Shown here one piece after another: positions 30,538 through 40,454 of a stretch of DNA of 64,000 nucleotides (position 1 is its first letter; the number at the start of each line of letters is the position of its first letter). The notes beneath the pieces are model-generated. The model saw nothing but the letters and a program-made list of their open reading frames with translations. It was not told the DNA's origin and ran no database searches. Source of the DNA: an uncultured Elusimicrobia bacterium (GTDB taxonomy: Bacteria; Elusimicrobiota; Elusimicrobia; 2-01-FULL-59-12); NCBI GenBank assembly GCA_964441955.1, contig CAYTWA010000004.1, positions 82,681-146,680 of the forward strand, read 5' to 3'. Made by a program: the position numbers and the translations under genes.

Positions 30538-31620
30538 GTGATCCAACTCCCCTTTCATTCGTACGAGAAAATCGCAGAACGAACCGAAGAATGGAAACTA
30601 GACGAAGCAGGATATCGTCTTTTGCATTCTGTCGACTGGGTCGTTACAGAAAAAATTCACGGGGCAAATTTTGTCGTTGCAACGGACGGCAAAAGCGTGC
30701 GTTTCGCAAAACGAAAAGCGTGGCTTGAAAACGAGGAAGAGTTCTTTGGTTATCAACTCTTAAGACCCACCTTGACACCACGAGCGTTGCGCTTGTTTTC
30801 TGATATCCAAAAACAAGATACCGCCGTTCAGGCCGTTTTCATATACGGAGAGTTGTTCGGTGGGTCCTATCCACATCCCGATGTGCCTGCCGACCCACGA
30901 GTGGAAGCCATTCAAACCGGTGTTTATTATAGTCCCACCATACAGTATGCCGTTTTCGATTTGGCGACACTCTCCATTTCCGTTCAGCGTCGATATTTGG
31001 CTTATGAAGAGGTTCGGCGCTGCGCGCAAGAATCTGACTTATTTGTTTTGCCGCCTCTGTACGTTGGGGCTTATTCCAAAGCGATTTCCTACCCGCTGGG
31101 GTTTGAATCGAAGATTCCCTTATGTTTAGGGTATCCTGCGCTCAGAGGACCGAACAAAGCGGAAGGCGTCGTGATCAAGCCCGTCCAGTCGCTGGTGTTG
31201 CCTTCAGGGGAGCGCATCCGTCCGATTTTGAAGCGAAAAATTCCGGAATTTAAAGAAGACACACGGTTCATGGAGGCGCGCAAATGGAAAGCCGTTGCGA
31301 AAACGATTCTCGATGAACAGGCCGCCGCCGGGTTGTTGTTCGATGAACTCGAAGCGTTATTGACACCACAGCGTTTTGCCAATGCGCTTTCAAAAGTCGG
31401 CAGACTCGATCAAAGTGCCGCCCATCGACAACAACTCCAGGACGTGGTGTGGGAGGATGTGTTGAGTGTTTTTAACAGCAACCATGGAGATCTCTGGAAC
31501 ATGATGAGCAGCCCAGCGCGAAGAGAATTGGAATGTTCAGCACGCAAGAAAATTGCTTTCTGGATTTCTCTCACCGATGGGCAAAATGCACCATCTAGAG
31601 AATTTCGAAGTCCACAGTAA
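30538..31620 (+). CDS. ATP-dependent RNA ligase, Rnl2/DraRnl-like nucleotidyltransferase
   Basis: Motif I EKIHGANF (KxHGxN), motif III YGELFGG, motif IV AVFDL, motif V AEGVVIKP. GTG start. Confidence 0.65.
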   Translation: MIQLPFHSYEKIAERTEEWKLDEAGYRLLHSVDWVVTEKIHGANFVVATDGKSVRFAKRKAWLENEEEFFGYQLLRPTLTPRALRLFSDIQKQDTAVQAVFIYGELFGGSYPHPDVPADPRVEAIQTGVYYSPTIQYAVFDLATLSISVQRRYLAYEEVRRCAQESDLFVLPPLYVGAYSKAISYPLGFESKIPLCLGYPALRGPNKAEGVVIKPVQSLVLPSGERIRPILKRKIPEFKEDTRFMEARKWKAVAKTILDEQAAAGLLFDELEALLTPQRFANALSKVGRLDQSAAHRQQLQDVVWEDVLSVFNSNHGDLWNMMSSPARRELECSARKKIAFWISLTDGQNAPSREFRSPQ

Positions 31621-32232
31621 TACAAAGCCAGCGTCATGGAAAATGGATTGGGATAACCCTAGTACTCCGTCAAATAAGTTTTTCGGGCCTTCGATTTATT
31701 GAACCACCACTGGATCGTCGTCTTCTTTTGATTCGTTCTTCGGTTCCACACCCGCGTCTGCTCAAACAGATTTTTGCGATCCCCAATGCGGCCGTCCCCT
31801 AAGCACTGATGCGAATACATCCCGATGGCGCTGACGGACCAGGACGACCCATCTGACGTGCGGCCAACTCTGCGCCTGGCATAGCGTTTCGGCTACCGTA
31901 ATCCCGGGTTCGAGTGTTCCAGTGACTGTCACCAGGGAGGCAGGGCAATTTTCTGCTTTTGCTGTAGTTCATCGGATTTTTTCAAACCGGCTGAAGAGAT
32001 TCTTTACTTTTCGATGATCGGCTTAGAGCAATGAAATGGAATCTGCTTCTTTGCAATGGAATGTTTGATATAGAGTCCTCGTAAACACATTGTGTTTTGA
32101 CCTCAGGCGGCTAACACGTGCATTGGTTCTTCATTTTGCCGCATTCGCTACATTTTTCTTTCGATTGCTTTTTCTTTTTCATGATGATCCTCCTCTTAAC
32201 CGGCTGTACCGTTTTTGGTGATTCGATGTCGT

Positions 32233-32784
32233 TCAACTAACGTATTCTTCAGATTTACTGTCGACCTTTGCTTCTCCTGCTGAAGCGACATCTTTGGCTC
32301 CCGTGTTTTTGAGCAAGTCTTTGGCTCGCATCACCCATTCTGAGTTATCACAATGGACGGAGACGAGAACGTGGCCTTCACGAACCCTGCCCTCATAACG
32401 CTTGGCCTCGTATTCCGGTATCCCGGCTCCAACGAGCGCGCCGACCAAACCGCCTGCCGCTCCTCCTACACCCACACCAGCCAGGGCCGCCATGATGGGC
32501 CCAGCCGCGATGAAGGGCCCGACACCGGGAATGGCCAATATTCCAATCCCCGCCAGCCAGCCCAATGCGCCGCCAATGACGGCTCCAGAGGCGACGCCTG
32601 TGGTCGCGCCCTCGGGTGCTTTGGTGTTTTTCTCGTGTGCGAAGTCTTTGGTGCCTGCCTTGTCCTGGAGCAATACGGAAATGTCGGAATTCCTAAACCC
32701 GGCTGATTTCATCTGATCTACTGCAGATTCAGCGCCGGAACGATCGGAATAAAGCCCGAATACAGCGATGTTTTTTCTTGGCAT
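32233..32784 (-). CDS. Glycine-zipper membrane stress protein (YflT/DUF1269-like)
   Basis: Start at MPRKN, preceded by AAGGAGG. Long Gly/Ala zipper GVASGAVIGGALGWLAGIGILAIPGVGPFIAAGPIMAALAGVGVGGAAGGLVGALVGAG. Confidence 0.5.
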   Translation of the reverse strand: MPRKNIAVFGLYSDRSGAESAVDQMKSAGFRNSDISVLLQDKAGTKDFAHEKNTKAPEGATTGVASGAVIGGALGWLAGIGILAIPGVGPFIAAGPIMAALAGVGVGGAAGGLVGALVGAGIPEYEAKRYEGRVREGHVLVSVHCDNSEWVMRAKDLLKNTGAKDVASAGEAKVDSKSEEYVS

Positions 32785-32794
32785 ATAAGCCTCC

Positions 32795-33229
32795 TTAATT
32801 AATTTGTTTGTCATTATTAATTTCACTGCGTTTTTCTTTGATCGTCATTCGGTCATTCACATGATCCACGCCAGCAATGGCAACCGCCTTAGACAAGACC
32901 GCCTGTTTTTCATCCATTGTTTTGACAGGTCCCTTAAGCGTGACGACGCCATGTCGTGCGATGATTTTTACATTGTGTGCATAGGTAGACAGATTGCCAT
33001 CTTGAACGATGGCCTTGCGAATCTGACTCATGAGCTCACGGTCAGGGGCGTTTTGTTTGGCGTGATCGGCAGTAACGGCCCGATTGTTTTGGTCGCCTCG
33101 GTTCATTTTTGTGTTATCCGCAGACGTACCCGCCGAATACGATTCGGCCAGGCTGCATGGCACCTTGCCGACCGTAAAGAATAAGAATGCGCCTACCGTT
33201 ATCCAAAGATGCTTCATCAATCTCTTCAT
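32795..33229 (-). CDS. BON-domain (OsmY-like) periplasmic protein
   Basis: Signal peptide. BON motif VKIIARHGVVTLKGPVKTMDEKQAVLSKAVAIAGVDHVND. Confidence 0.7.
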   Translation of the reverse strand: MKRLMKHLWITVGAFLFFTVGKVPCSLAESYSAGTSADNTKMNRGDQNNRAVTADHAKQNAPDRELMSQIRKAIVQDGNLSTYAHNVKIIARHGVVTLKGPVKTMDEKQAVLSKAVAIAGVDHVNDRMTIKEKRSEINNDKQIN

Positions 33230-34446
33230 AGAACCTCCGCTCGAACCCTCTCATGGATGCTGGTGTGTAAGATGCTCGGTGGATAGATAAGGTTACAGAT
33301 GGTCTACGGGCCATGCCGGCGGCCGGCGAGAATAAAATCATTTCCACAGAGTCCGCACAGCATGACTTGCCAGCACAGCCTGTAATTTCCGGTAATCTGT
33401 TAGGTGCAGGTCTCGGTGATGGTCTTGCGCTTGAGCGACGAGAAGCAGTAGTCTCTTCTTGTTGTTGAGGTTTTTTATTCAGCGGTAGGGTGGGGTCAGA
33501 ATTAAGAATGTTTTTATGGCATACATAACAATCCCGCCATTAACTTTAAATCACGAACAAAAAAGATCACGCCAATGCGGATTAATTCACGAAGACTTCA
33601 TCCTAAAGGCCCAATAGGGAGAAAGAATATTTTTAAAGTCAACGTATCCTGTTGATATATCTCTCCGATATCTTTCTCCCAGCGTTTTAGTGCCCGGCTT
33701 AGCCGTTTGAAGGGTTGAAATTGTTTTCTTGATTCCTTTCCATGTCTGCTCGCTTTTTTTCATATGACCTCCATCCGCACAGTAGCGCGATTACTTGTTG
33801 ACTCGCGTCGAGGGTGAGACTCGGGGAGAGCGATCAAGGTTACAGGCTTAACCTCCAATACGCGCTTATGTTTCCCTTAAATTCTAAGGAACCCCAAGTT
33901 GGCGTGGAGCCGTTTATACTGGAAGATCCGGCGGCTCGCGGGTTTAGCCTAAAGCAGGTTGCGCGTCTTGAAAATGAAGAGGCCCCCGTTAATCGCATCA
34001 TTTTTAAAATACCTGATCAGATTACTCGTCAGTTAATCGGACCGTTAGGACACGGGTATGCCACTGGCACTCTCATTCATCAAATGTTGACGGTGTATCG
34101 TTATCGACCACCGCCCGACAGCACAAGCCGCCGGACCAACAGCGCCGCCTGAGGGGTCCGGATCGTATGAACTAGATTAAATGGGACGCTCGGTATCTTG
34201 GTAAGTTCTCTTCCACTTGGCACCCCAGCAAGGTTTGGGGGGCCGTTCATGCTCTTGATCCCGATATCGAGTCTCGAAGCTTCCTCGATTCCCAGCCCGA
34301 CACCGGTATCGTACGCGCGGTAGTTTCTTCCAGGTTACTTAGGCGGCGGAAAGGACGTTTGGCCTAGCCCGAATCCGCTTTTCCGTCGTCCGACCGTCTA
34401 GATAAACCTTGAAAACAGAGCAAACGCCCCCTATACCCTGGGGGGC

Positions 34447-34833
34447 ATGGCGCGCATCCTTTTAATCGAAGACGACCCCAATGCGCGCGGCATGCTGCGT
34501 TTTCGCCTGGAAAAAGAACAGCATGAAATATGGGAAGCGGCGGACGGTGAAGAGGGGTGGGACAAAGCGCTCCGCCGTCCCGATCTCATCATCATGGATG
34601 TTCGAATCCCTAAAATCGACGGCTGGCAGTTGTGCAAATTGCTTCGCGACGATGATCGGACAACGCGTATTCCCATTTTGATGTTAACTGGCTGCAGCCA
34701 AAGTGTCCAAGCCGACTACGGCCGCCGGTGCGGTGCGGACGCCTACCTTACCAAACCCTGGGACCCTAACCAATTTATGGAAATCACCCGAAATCTTTTA
34801 AAACACCCCCATTCCAATGACGCTGCCGCTTGA
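34447..34833 (+). CDS. Single-domain response regulator (CheY-like receiver)
   Basis: LLIEDD...D...IIMDVRIP...K receiver pattern. Confidence 0.85.
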   Translation: MARILLIEDDPNARGMLRFRLEKEQHEIWEAADGEEGWDKALRRPDLIIMDVRIPKIDGWQLCKLLRDDDRTTRIPILMLTGCSQSVQADYGRRCGADAYLTKPWDPNQFMEITRNLLKHPHSNDAAA

Positions 34834-36289
34834 AACCATGGCTCGGCTCTTCCGTTTCTCCACGGACCAGGCGCTGGATCCGATGCTTTGGATGGATGCC
34901 GGTGGCACCTTGTACTACGCCAACGAGGCGGCAGGGCGTGTCTTGGGATATGAGCCTCGGGCGATTATGGCGCGCCGTTTCAGTGATTTGGCGGTCGAGA
35001 TGAGCCCTGATTTGTGGCGAGAGTTATGGAAGGAAATTCGTTCCCATGGCCATTTTTCATTTGAATTTGCCCTGCGCGCCGAAGGCAGCCGGAGTATCGA
35101 TGTGGACATGACTATTCATCACACCGAAGCGGAAGGCTGCGAATACGCTTGCGTGTTTTTTCGAGACGTCGGGGAAAAACAGCGTCTTAAACATTTAGAA
35201 CAGGAATTTGTCAGCACGGTATCCCACGAACTGCGTACCCCACTTACCGTTATCCGGGAAGGGGTCTCGCAGGTGGCTGAAGGCCTGCGCGGCGAGATCA
35301 ACGACTTGCAGCGCCGCGCGCTCGATTTGGCGCTGATGGGCATTGAACGGCTGGGCCGCATCATTGACGAACTTTTGGACCTTTCCAAGATCGAAGCCGG
35401 CAAAGTGTCGCTCAACCGTGAGCGCATGGATGCCGCGGTTGTCGCGCGTGAAGTTGTGGCCGAATTTCAGGCAGTGGCCGAAGACCGGCAAATTGATTTG
35501 CGGGTGAGCACCCCCGCAGGGCCTGTGGTTCTTTTTGCCGATCGGGATCGCCTGATTCAAGTGCTTTCCAATCTGCTTCACAATGCCTTCAAATTTACGG
35601 AGAAAGGCCGCATTGAGTTGAGGATCGAAGCGCAAGAAAACGCGGTCTCCTGTTCGGTGACGGACACGGGTGTGGGAATGGGCGCTGAAGAGACGGAACG
35701 CATTTTTGACAAATTCGAGCAGCTGGGCCGTACCACCGTGACCGGTGAAAAAGGGACCGGGCTAGGCCTTTCGATCACACGGGCTTTGGTTGAACTTCAC
35801 AAGGGCCGCATCCGCGCTGAAAGCGCAGGGCCGGGCCAGGGGAGTCGGTTTGTAGTCGAATTGCCGCGACTGGGCGCCCAAGAAGTTTTCCGAGAAAAGA
35901 TAGCGCGCTCGCTTCAAGAAGTCGCGGTTCGTGGAGGAAGCCTGTCGGTTGTAATTTTCGATATTGAAGTGCTGGGGCGTGAGCCTTTGGAAGAAGCATG
36001 TATCGCCTCCGCCTTGGATGGCCTTGAAGACATGGTGCGAAAAAACAGCGGACGCCGCACCGACATCTTGGTGAAAGGCAAACGGACGGTGTATGTGGCG
36101 CTTCCCAGCACGGTCAAGCGCGAAGCCAACCGTGTGGTGGAGCGAATTCTGCGAACGTTTGACGAGAACATCGTGCGTATGCGGTTATCCGGCCGGCTGC
36201 GGATGCACTACACGCTGACCGGATATCCCGATGATGCGGCAGACGATGAATTGTTCTTAGAAAAAACGTTTCCTGCGGAGGCCGCCTAA
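34817..36289 (+). CDS. PAS-domain sensor histidine kinase with an extra C-terminal ~140-aa domain
   Basis: H-box VSHELRTPL. N and G boxes (LLHNAFKFT, GTGLGLSI). The C-terminal tail has no recognisable motif. Confidence 0.85.
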   Translation: MTLPLETMARLFRFSTDQALDPMLWMDAGGTLYYANEAAGRVLGYEPRAIMARRFSDLAVEMSPDLWRELWKEIRSHGHFSFEFALRAEGSRSIDVDMTIHHTEAEGCEYACVFFRDVGEKQRLKHLEQEFVSTVSHELRTPLTVIREGVSQVAEGLRGEINDLQRRALDLALMGIERLGRIIDELLDLSKIEAGKVSLNRERMDAAVVAREVVAEFQAVAEDRQIDLRVSTPAGPVVLFADRDRLIQVLSNLLHNAFKFTEKGRIELRIEAQENAVSCSVTDTGVGMGAEETERIFDKFEQLGRTTVTGEKGTGLGLSITRALVELHKGRIRAESAGPGQGSRFVVELPRLGAQEVFREKIARSLQEVAVRGGSLSVVIFDIEVLGREPLEEACIASALDGLEDMVRKNSGRRTDILVKGKRTVYVALPSTVKREANRVVERILRTFDENIVRMRLSGRLRMHYTLTGYPDDAADDELFLEKTFPAEAA

Positions 36290-36666
36290 TGTGGAAAATC
36301 CTCGTGGTCGATGACGACGCGTTGATTGTGGAGCTGCTGAGCCTGCGGTTAAAAGCGCAGGGGTATGAGGTCGCTACGGCGACCGATGGCGGCAAGGCCT
36401 ACGATGTGTTCAAAACGTTTTCGCCGCATGCGGTGCTCTGCGATGTGGTGATGCCGCACGTGGACGGCCCCACATTTTGCCGGCGCCTTCGCGCCGAAAA
36501 AAATAAGGTGCCCTTTTTATTCCTTACCGCCAAAGGCCAGGCCCGCGACAAAGTAGAAGCGCTCTCCGATGGCGCCGATGACTACCTCGTCAAACCCTTC
36601 GACCCGGGCGAACTCTTCGCCCGCCTCCAAGCCATCCTGCGCCGCTACTACCCCCAAGCGGCTTAG
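36289..36666 (+). CDS. Single-domain response regulator
   Basis: ILVVDDD...D...LCDVVMP...K. ATGA overlap with the kinase gene. Confidence 0.85.
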   Translation: MWKILVVDDDALIVELLSLRLKAQGYEVATATDGGKAYDVFKTFSPHAVLCDVVMPHVDGPTFCRRLRAEKNKVPFLFLTAKGQARDKVEALSDGADDYLVKPFDPGELFARLQAILRRYYPQAA

Positions 36667-36744
36667 ACGAGACTTTGAATTATCATGATAAACCAAAGCA
36701 TCGTTTGGCATGTTCATGCGATGCGTTAAAAAAAAGCGGCGTAA

Positions 36745-37425
36745 TTACGGTTTTAAGCCGTAGGTGGCAGAGGGGTCAAAGGGGCCGCCGTGGCGGACGA
36801 GGGCGCCGGATTGAACTAGATTTTTTAGGAGGCGCGCTACGCTGCGCCGGGGAATTCCGGTGGCGTCTGAAAGGGCTTTAGGTGTTTGCGAGTTTTGGCG
36901 GCGGAGTTCTTCCATCAAGCGTGCCGCATCCGCATCAAGCAGAATGTTTGCCGCACCTGTGGCCGCTTCGGACCGGGGTTGTCTCGCCCGGCGGTATTGG
37001 CGAAGGGTGTAACTCCCAAAGAAAACCCCCACCACTTTGATGGCTGTTTCCTTAAGTTCGGGCGGCATAGAGCAGGCAGGGTCGGCCATACGCCAAATGC
37101 CGGCCGCCAGCAGCATTCCAAGCCACAAGGTGACGAGCGGACCGCCTTTGCGAATTTGCTCTTGCCAGCCGATTTCATCGGAATCCTTGCGTTTTAGCAG
37201 CTGAGTAATTTCGGCCCCGCCGGCATAAGCCACCAAGATCAACAAATACACATCGCTCCAGCGGTCGGGTGAACTGATGGCGCCATGCGTGGCCATGAAC
37301 AAAATGTTTTGCATGGTCAAAAATACGGTTCCAACCAACACAAAGGGCCGCATAAACGAACTCACGTGACTATTCGGAAGGGGGGTGGATGTTTCCATGA
37401 CCATGCCAACTATACAATAACCCAT
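36745..37425 (-). CDS. Membrane-tethered winged-helix regulator, paralog 2
   Basis: Same architecture as 10703..11416 (FMRPF..., TM helices, wHTH, ...DPSATYGLKP). Divergent from the large + strand cluster. Confidence 0.6.
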   Translation of the reverse strand: MGYCIVGMVMETSTPLPNSHVSSFMRPFVLVGTVFLTMQNILFMATHGAISSPDRWSDVYLLILVAYAGGAEITQLLKRKDSDEIGWQEQIRKGGPLVTLWLGMLLAAGIWRMADPACSMPPELKETAIKVVGVFFGSYTLRQYRRARQPRSEAATGAANILLDADAARLMEELRRQNSQTPKALSDATGIPRRSVARLLKNLVQSGALVRHGGPFDPSATYGLKP

Positions 37426-37449
37426 GTCTTGATTGGCAGTGTTAGGTTA

Positions 37450-37833
37450 ATGACGGAAAGGCCAATGATTTTGGCATGGTTCCGGAACATTTTGGCACGG
37501 TTATGGCAGGGTCGAGCCTTTGAATGGTTGGCCTCAGGGAGCATTGTTCAAGATTACGCGCGTGTGTTGGCGTACCCCAAGTTTGCCCTGTCGGAATCCT
37601 ACATTCATGAACTCTTAAACGAAGACATTCTTCCCTCCGTGGTTCCCGTTCCACTCATCGATGTGCCCGCCGTGATCCTGGAAGATCCCTCCGACGACCC
37701 GTTCCTCGCCTGCGCCACCCAAGACCAAGCCGACACACTCGTCAGCGGCAACCGCCATCTGCTCGATTTAAAAACCAACAAAACCATTTTAATTATCAAC
37801 CTAAAATCGTTTTTTCTCGAAATCCAGACGTAA
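37450..37833 (+). CDS. Degenerate PIN-family (TIGR00305-like) protein lacking catalytic acidic residues
   Basis: Aligns with intact PIN 62851..63255 (LWQGRAFEWL...ILEDPSDDPFLACA...LVSGNRHLL), but the N-terminal DTNV is missing and GDKD-equivalent is SGNRH. Confidence 0.45.
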   Translation: MTERPMILAWFRNILARLWQGRAFEWLASGSIVQDYARVLAYPKFALSESYIHELLNEDILPSVVPVPLIDVPAVILEDPSDDPFLACATQDQADTLVSGNRHLLDLKTNKTILIINLKSFFLEIQT

Positions 37834-37945
37834 ATTCCGCGGTTTTTTTGCGACTTGCGTTAAGTGGGTCTTTCGAGACCCGAAACATGGACTTTCTGAC
37901 CATGGTTTATTGTCGATAACTGTTAAAAAATAAACGTAACTCCCA

Positions 37946-39316
37946 ATGACCAGATCACTCTATCGGTGTTTCTCCTTCGCGCTCACCTTTCTGTTGGTTT
38001 TTGAAGCCAATCGTGTAGCCTTTGCGGTGCCATGTCCGGGCTCGGCCATTCATGCTTTTCAACCACCGTCTGCCGTTTTCAGCGAACAAGCGCTTCAGGC
38101 GGGCTACGTACTGGCCTTTCACCGAGAAGTGGTGCCTGTGGCAGCACGAATACGTCAAAGTCTTGGCCATGTTTGGCTTGATATTGGTGGAAAGTGGAGT
38201 GCCTTGCCGCGACCTTTGCGATGGAGACTTCAGGCCGCCGGAGGTGCGGCGGGAATGGTGTTATGGAAACTCCTATCTGACAATGTGACGAGTCATCCCA
38301 CTGCAATGGTAGGGATGGTAATCGATCCCACCCAGTGGCTGACGGTAGCTCTTTCTGCAAAACACTTGCTGACCCCAATTCTAAGAACAAAGAAATTAAC
38401 CCAACGACAGCAGAATGTGTTGCTCGATCTTTTAACGGCAGGCATGGACCCGAATTTCCTCGCCAAGTCCGCGAGCTGGTTGTTTATTATCAACGCTACC
38501 GAAGACGGAGAAGATCGTCCCGTCTTTGCGAGAGTAAGGGCTTTGAGATCGGTGACGACCGATTTCGATGATTACATCCGTTCTCCTCTTGCCGAAGGCG
38601 AAAAGAAGCCAAATTGGATGATCCTCGATTTCAATCTAACCAATGTAAGGACGAAGGTGGCAATGATTCGCCGCATTAACGGCCGCGACGAGCAAGTGCC
38701 GTCCCAGGTGCTTAGAGAATTTCTCCGGGTCGATGTCAAACTGTGGGAGGCCATTCTCCTGATGGGAGATCAGATGAGCGTGAAAGTGCAAAATGCGTCT
38801 GAGCTTCTTTCTATATACGCCAAAATGGCGACATACCCAAGCTATGTGAATCAATGGAAAGCCGTCATCGGAAACTCGATGAGCAAAAGGCATTTGCCTT
38901 TGATGGCTAGAGCCTTTGATGCCGATCCTCAAACAACAACCGAGATCATGAAAGTGATTTATCGTGAAATTAAAAGCGATCAAATTCTAAATGAGGATGA
39001 ACGCGCAGAAGGCGCATTAGATCAGGATCCCTCGCGGCCCGCTCGTGTCGAGAGTTATAACGCGAACTTATCGATTGTTGGTCTTCGTCGTAACCAGTGG
39101 TACGCAAAAGAAGTGTTTCGAAATTTAAGAGAAGTTTTGGGGGCGGGGCTTGAGGCTACTCGCCAACGAGTGGCGTTACGAGAACTCGAGCAGCTGTCGG
39201 GCTCAATCGCGAGGCAGTTAAAGAAGTTTTTCCTGAAATACGAAAGACTCGAACGCACCTGGCAAGAGGTTGAGCCCATGGGGAGCCCCTATCGCCTGTT
39301 TAAGGCTTCCTCCTAG
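37946..39316 (+). CDS. Secreted hypothetical protein (456 aa)
   Basis: Signal peptide FSFALTFLLVFEANRVAFA. No recognisable domain. Lower GC than housekeeping genes (by eye). Confidence 0.55.
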   Translation: MTRSLYRCFSFALTFLLVFEANRVAFAVPCPGSAIHAFQPPSAVFSEQALQAGYVLAFHREVVPVAARIRQSLGHVWLDIGGKWSALPRPLRWRLQAAGGAAGMVLWKLLSDNVTSHPTAMVGMVIDPTQWLTVALSAKHLLTPILRTKKLTQRQQNVLLDLLTAGMDPNFLAKSASWLFIINATEDGEDRPVFARVRALRSVTTDFDDYIRSPLAEGEKKPNWMILDFNLTNVRTKVAMIRRINGRDEQVPSQVLREFLRVDVKLWEAILLMGDQMSVKVQNASELLSIYAKMATYPSYVNQWKAVIGNSMSKRHLPLMARAFDADPQTTTEIMKVIYREIKSDQILNEDERAEGALDQDPSRPARVESYNANLSIVGLRRNQWYAKEVFRNLREVLGAGLEATRQRVALRELEQLSGSIARQLKKFFLKYERLERTWQEVEPMGSPYRLFKASS

Positions 39317-39331
39317 CGGAACGGTGCCTGT

Positions 39332-40360
39332 ATGCGCCCATCATTTGCCATTTTGGTTTCCCTGTGTCTCTTTCTTCAACCGAGTTTTCGAGAGCGTCCC
39401 ATTTCTGACGAACGTTTCCGTATCGGAGAGTTTCCGGTCTTTTCTGCTTGTGCCTTGGCGGTTATTAGCCCATGGAGTTCAAACCATCGTCATTTTCATG
39501 TTTTCTCTTCGGGTGTTAAGTTTGCTCGCGCGTTAGCATCAGGGATTTCGCAGTCGTCGTTGCCGTTATCGTACGTCACACCACTACTCATCATGCTGGT
39601 CAACACTACGCTCCCGCCCGAGAGTGTAGTTTTGTTGGCAGCCACAATCCCCCCAAAATCGCCCAAACGAACAAGGCCTCACGCACCTGATAACCCTGAT
39701 ATGGGAACGGTCGGACGATATATTGAAATTGTGAGCCAAGGGGGAGACAACGTAGAGTTGAAACGAAAGCTCCGAGCTTATTCGACAACCACGGGTAAAT
39801 CGACGAACAGTGAAACGTCCTCATTTCCGCTGGGCAGGGCGTACGCCCAGCCTGTGCAAATAGATCTGCCCCTTGTTCCGGTCGGTACGTCTGTTCAGTG
39901 TACTCCTGTAAAAACCCTTTCAGGGCGATATTACTTTCGCTTGGAGGCTCCCCAATCAAAACCCTTTCTCATTCGAATCGCGCACTCTTCGCCTTACGTT
40001 GAGATTATTCCGAGCGTTGAAGTGGGCCTGATTGCCGATCACATCGAAGCGTTGGTGGGAGGACTCTCATCGGCTGGCTTGACGAGAGACCTCGACCATT
40101 TGACCTTTACGATGAATGGAACAAAAACGACAAAGGGATCGGAATTCGCTTTCGGTCCCTATGCGATGGTGTTAGCTGGGGCCAGCGCACAGGGTGATTT
40201 CACGATCCATGTGGTTCGCGAGGAAACTGGTTCTTTGAGTATTCAAGTGACCGATCAACAGGGCTCATTGTGGCATAGAGCTCTCATCGGTTATGCCCCT
40301 TATTTCGTGCCCACGGAAAAGCGACGAAGAACACGCGAATTAACAGGTCGGGCGGCCTAA
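39332..40360 (+). CDS. Secreted hypothetical protein (342 aa)
   Basis: N-terminal hydrophobic segment AILVSLCLFLQPS. 16-nt gap from the upstream gene. Confidence 0.5.
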   Translation: MRPSFAILVSLCLFLQPSFRERPISDERFRIGEFPVFSACALAVISPWSSNHRHFHVFSSGVKFARALASGISQSSLPLSYVTPLLIMLVNTTLPPESVVLLAATIPPKSPKRTRPHAPDNPDMGTVGRYIEIVSQGGDNVELKRKLRAYSTTTGKSTNSETSSFPLGRAYAQPVQIDLPLVPVGTSVQCTPVKTLSGRYYFRLEAPQSKPFLIRIAHSSPYVEIIPSVEVGLIADHIEALVGGLSSAGLTRDLDHLTFTMNGTKTTKGSEFAFGPYAMVLAGASAQGDFTIHVVREETGSLSIQVTDQQGSLWHRALIGYAPYFVPTEKRRRTRELTGRAA

Positions 40361-40454
40361 AAATAGGCCATACGGCTTATATTTTCAGCAATACGTAATA
40401 GAGACGTTACTTTGATCGGTTATGCCTAATTAGAGAGATTTAAACGATTTAGCT

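Noticed and set aside
31900-31940. tRNA-like 3' fragment (GGTTCGAGT ... CACCA)
   Set aside because: No complementary T-stem, acceptor stem or anticodon arm could be built, so this looks like a chance T-loop-like string.
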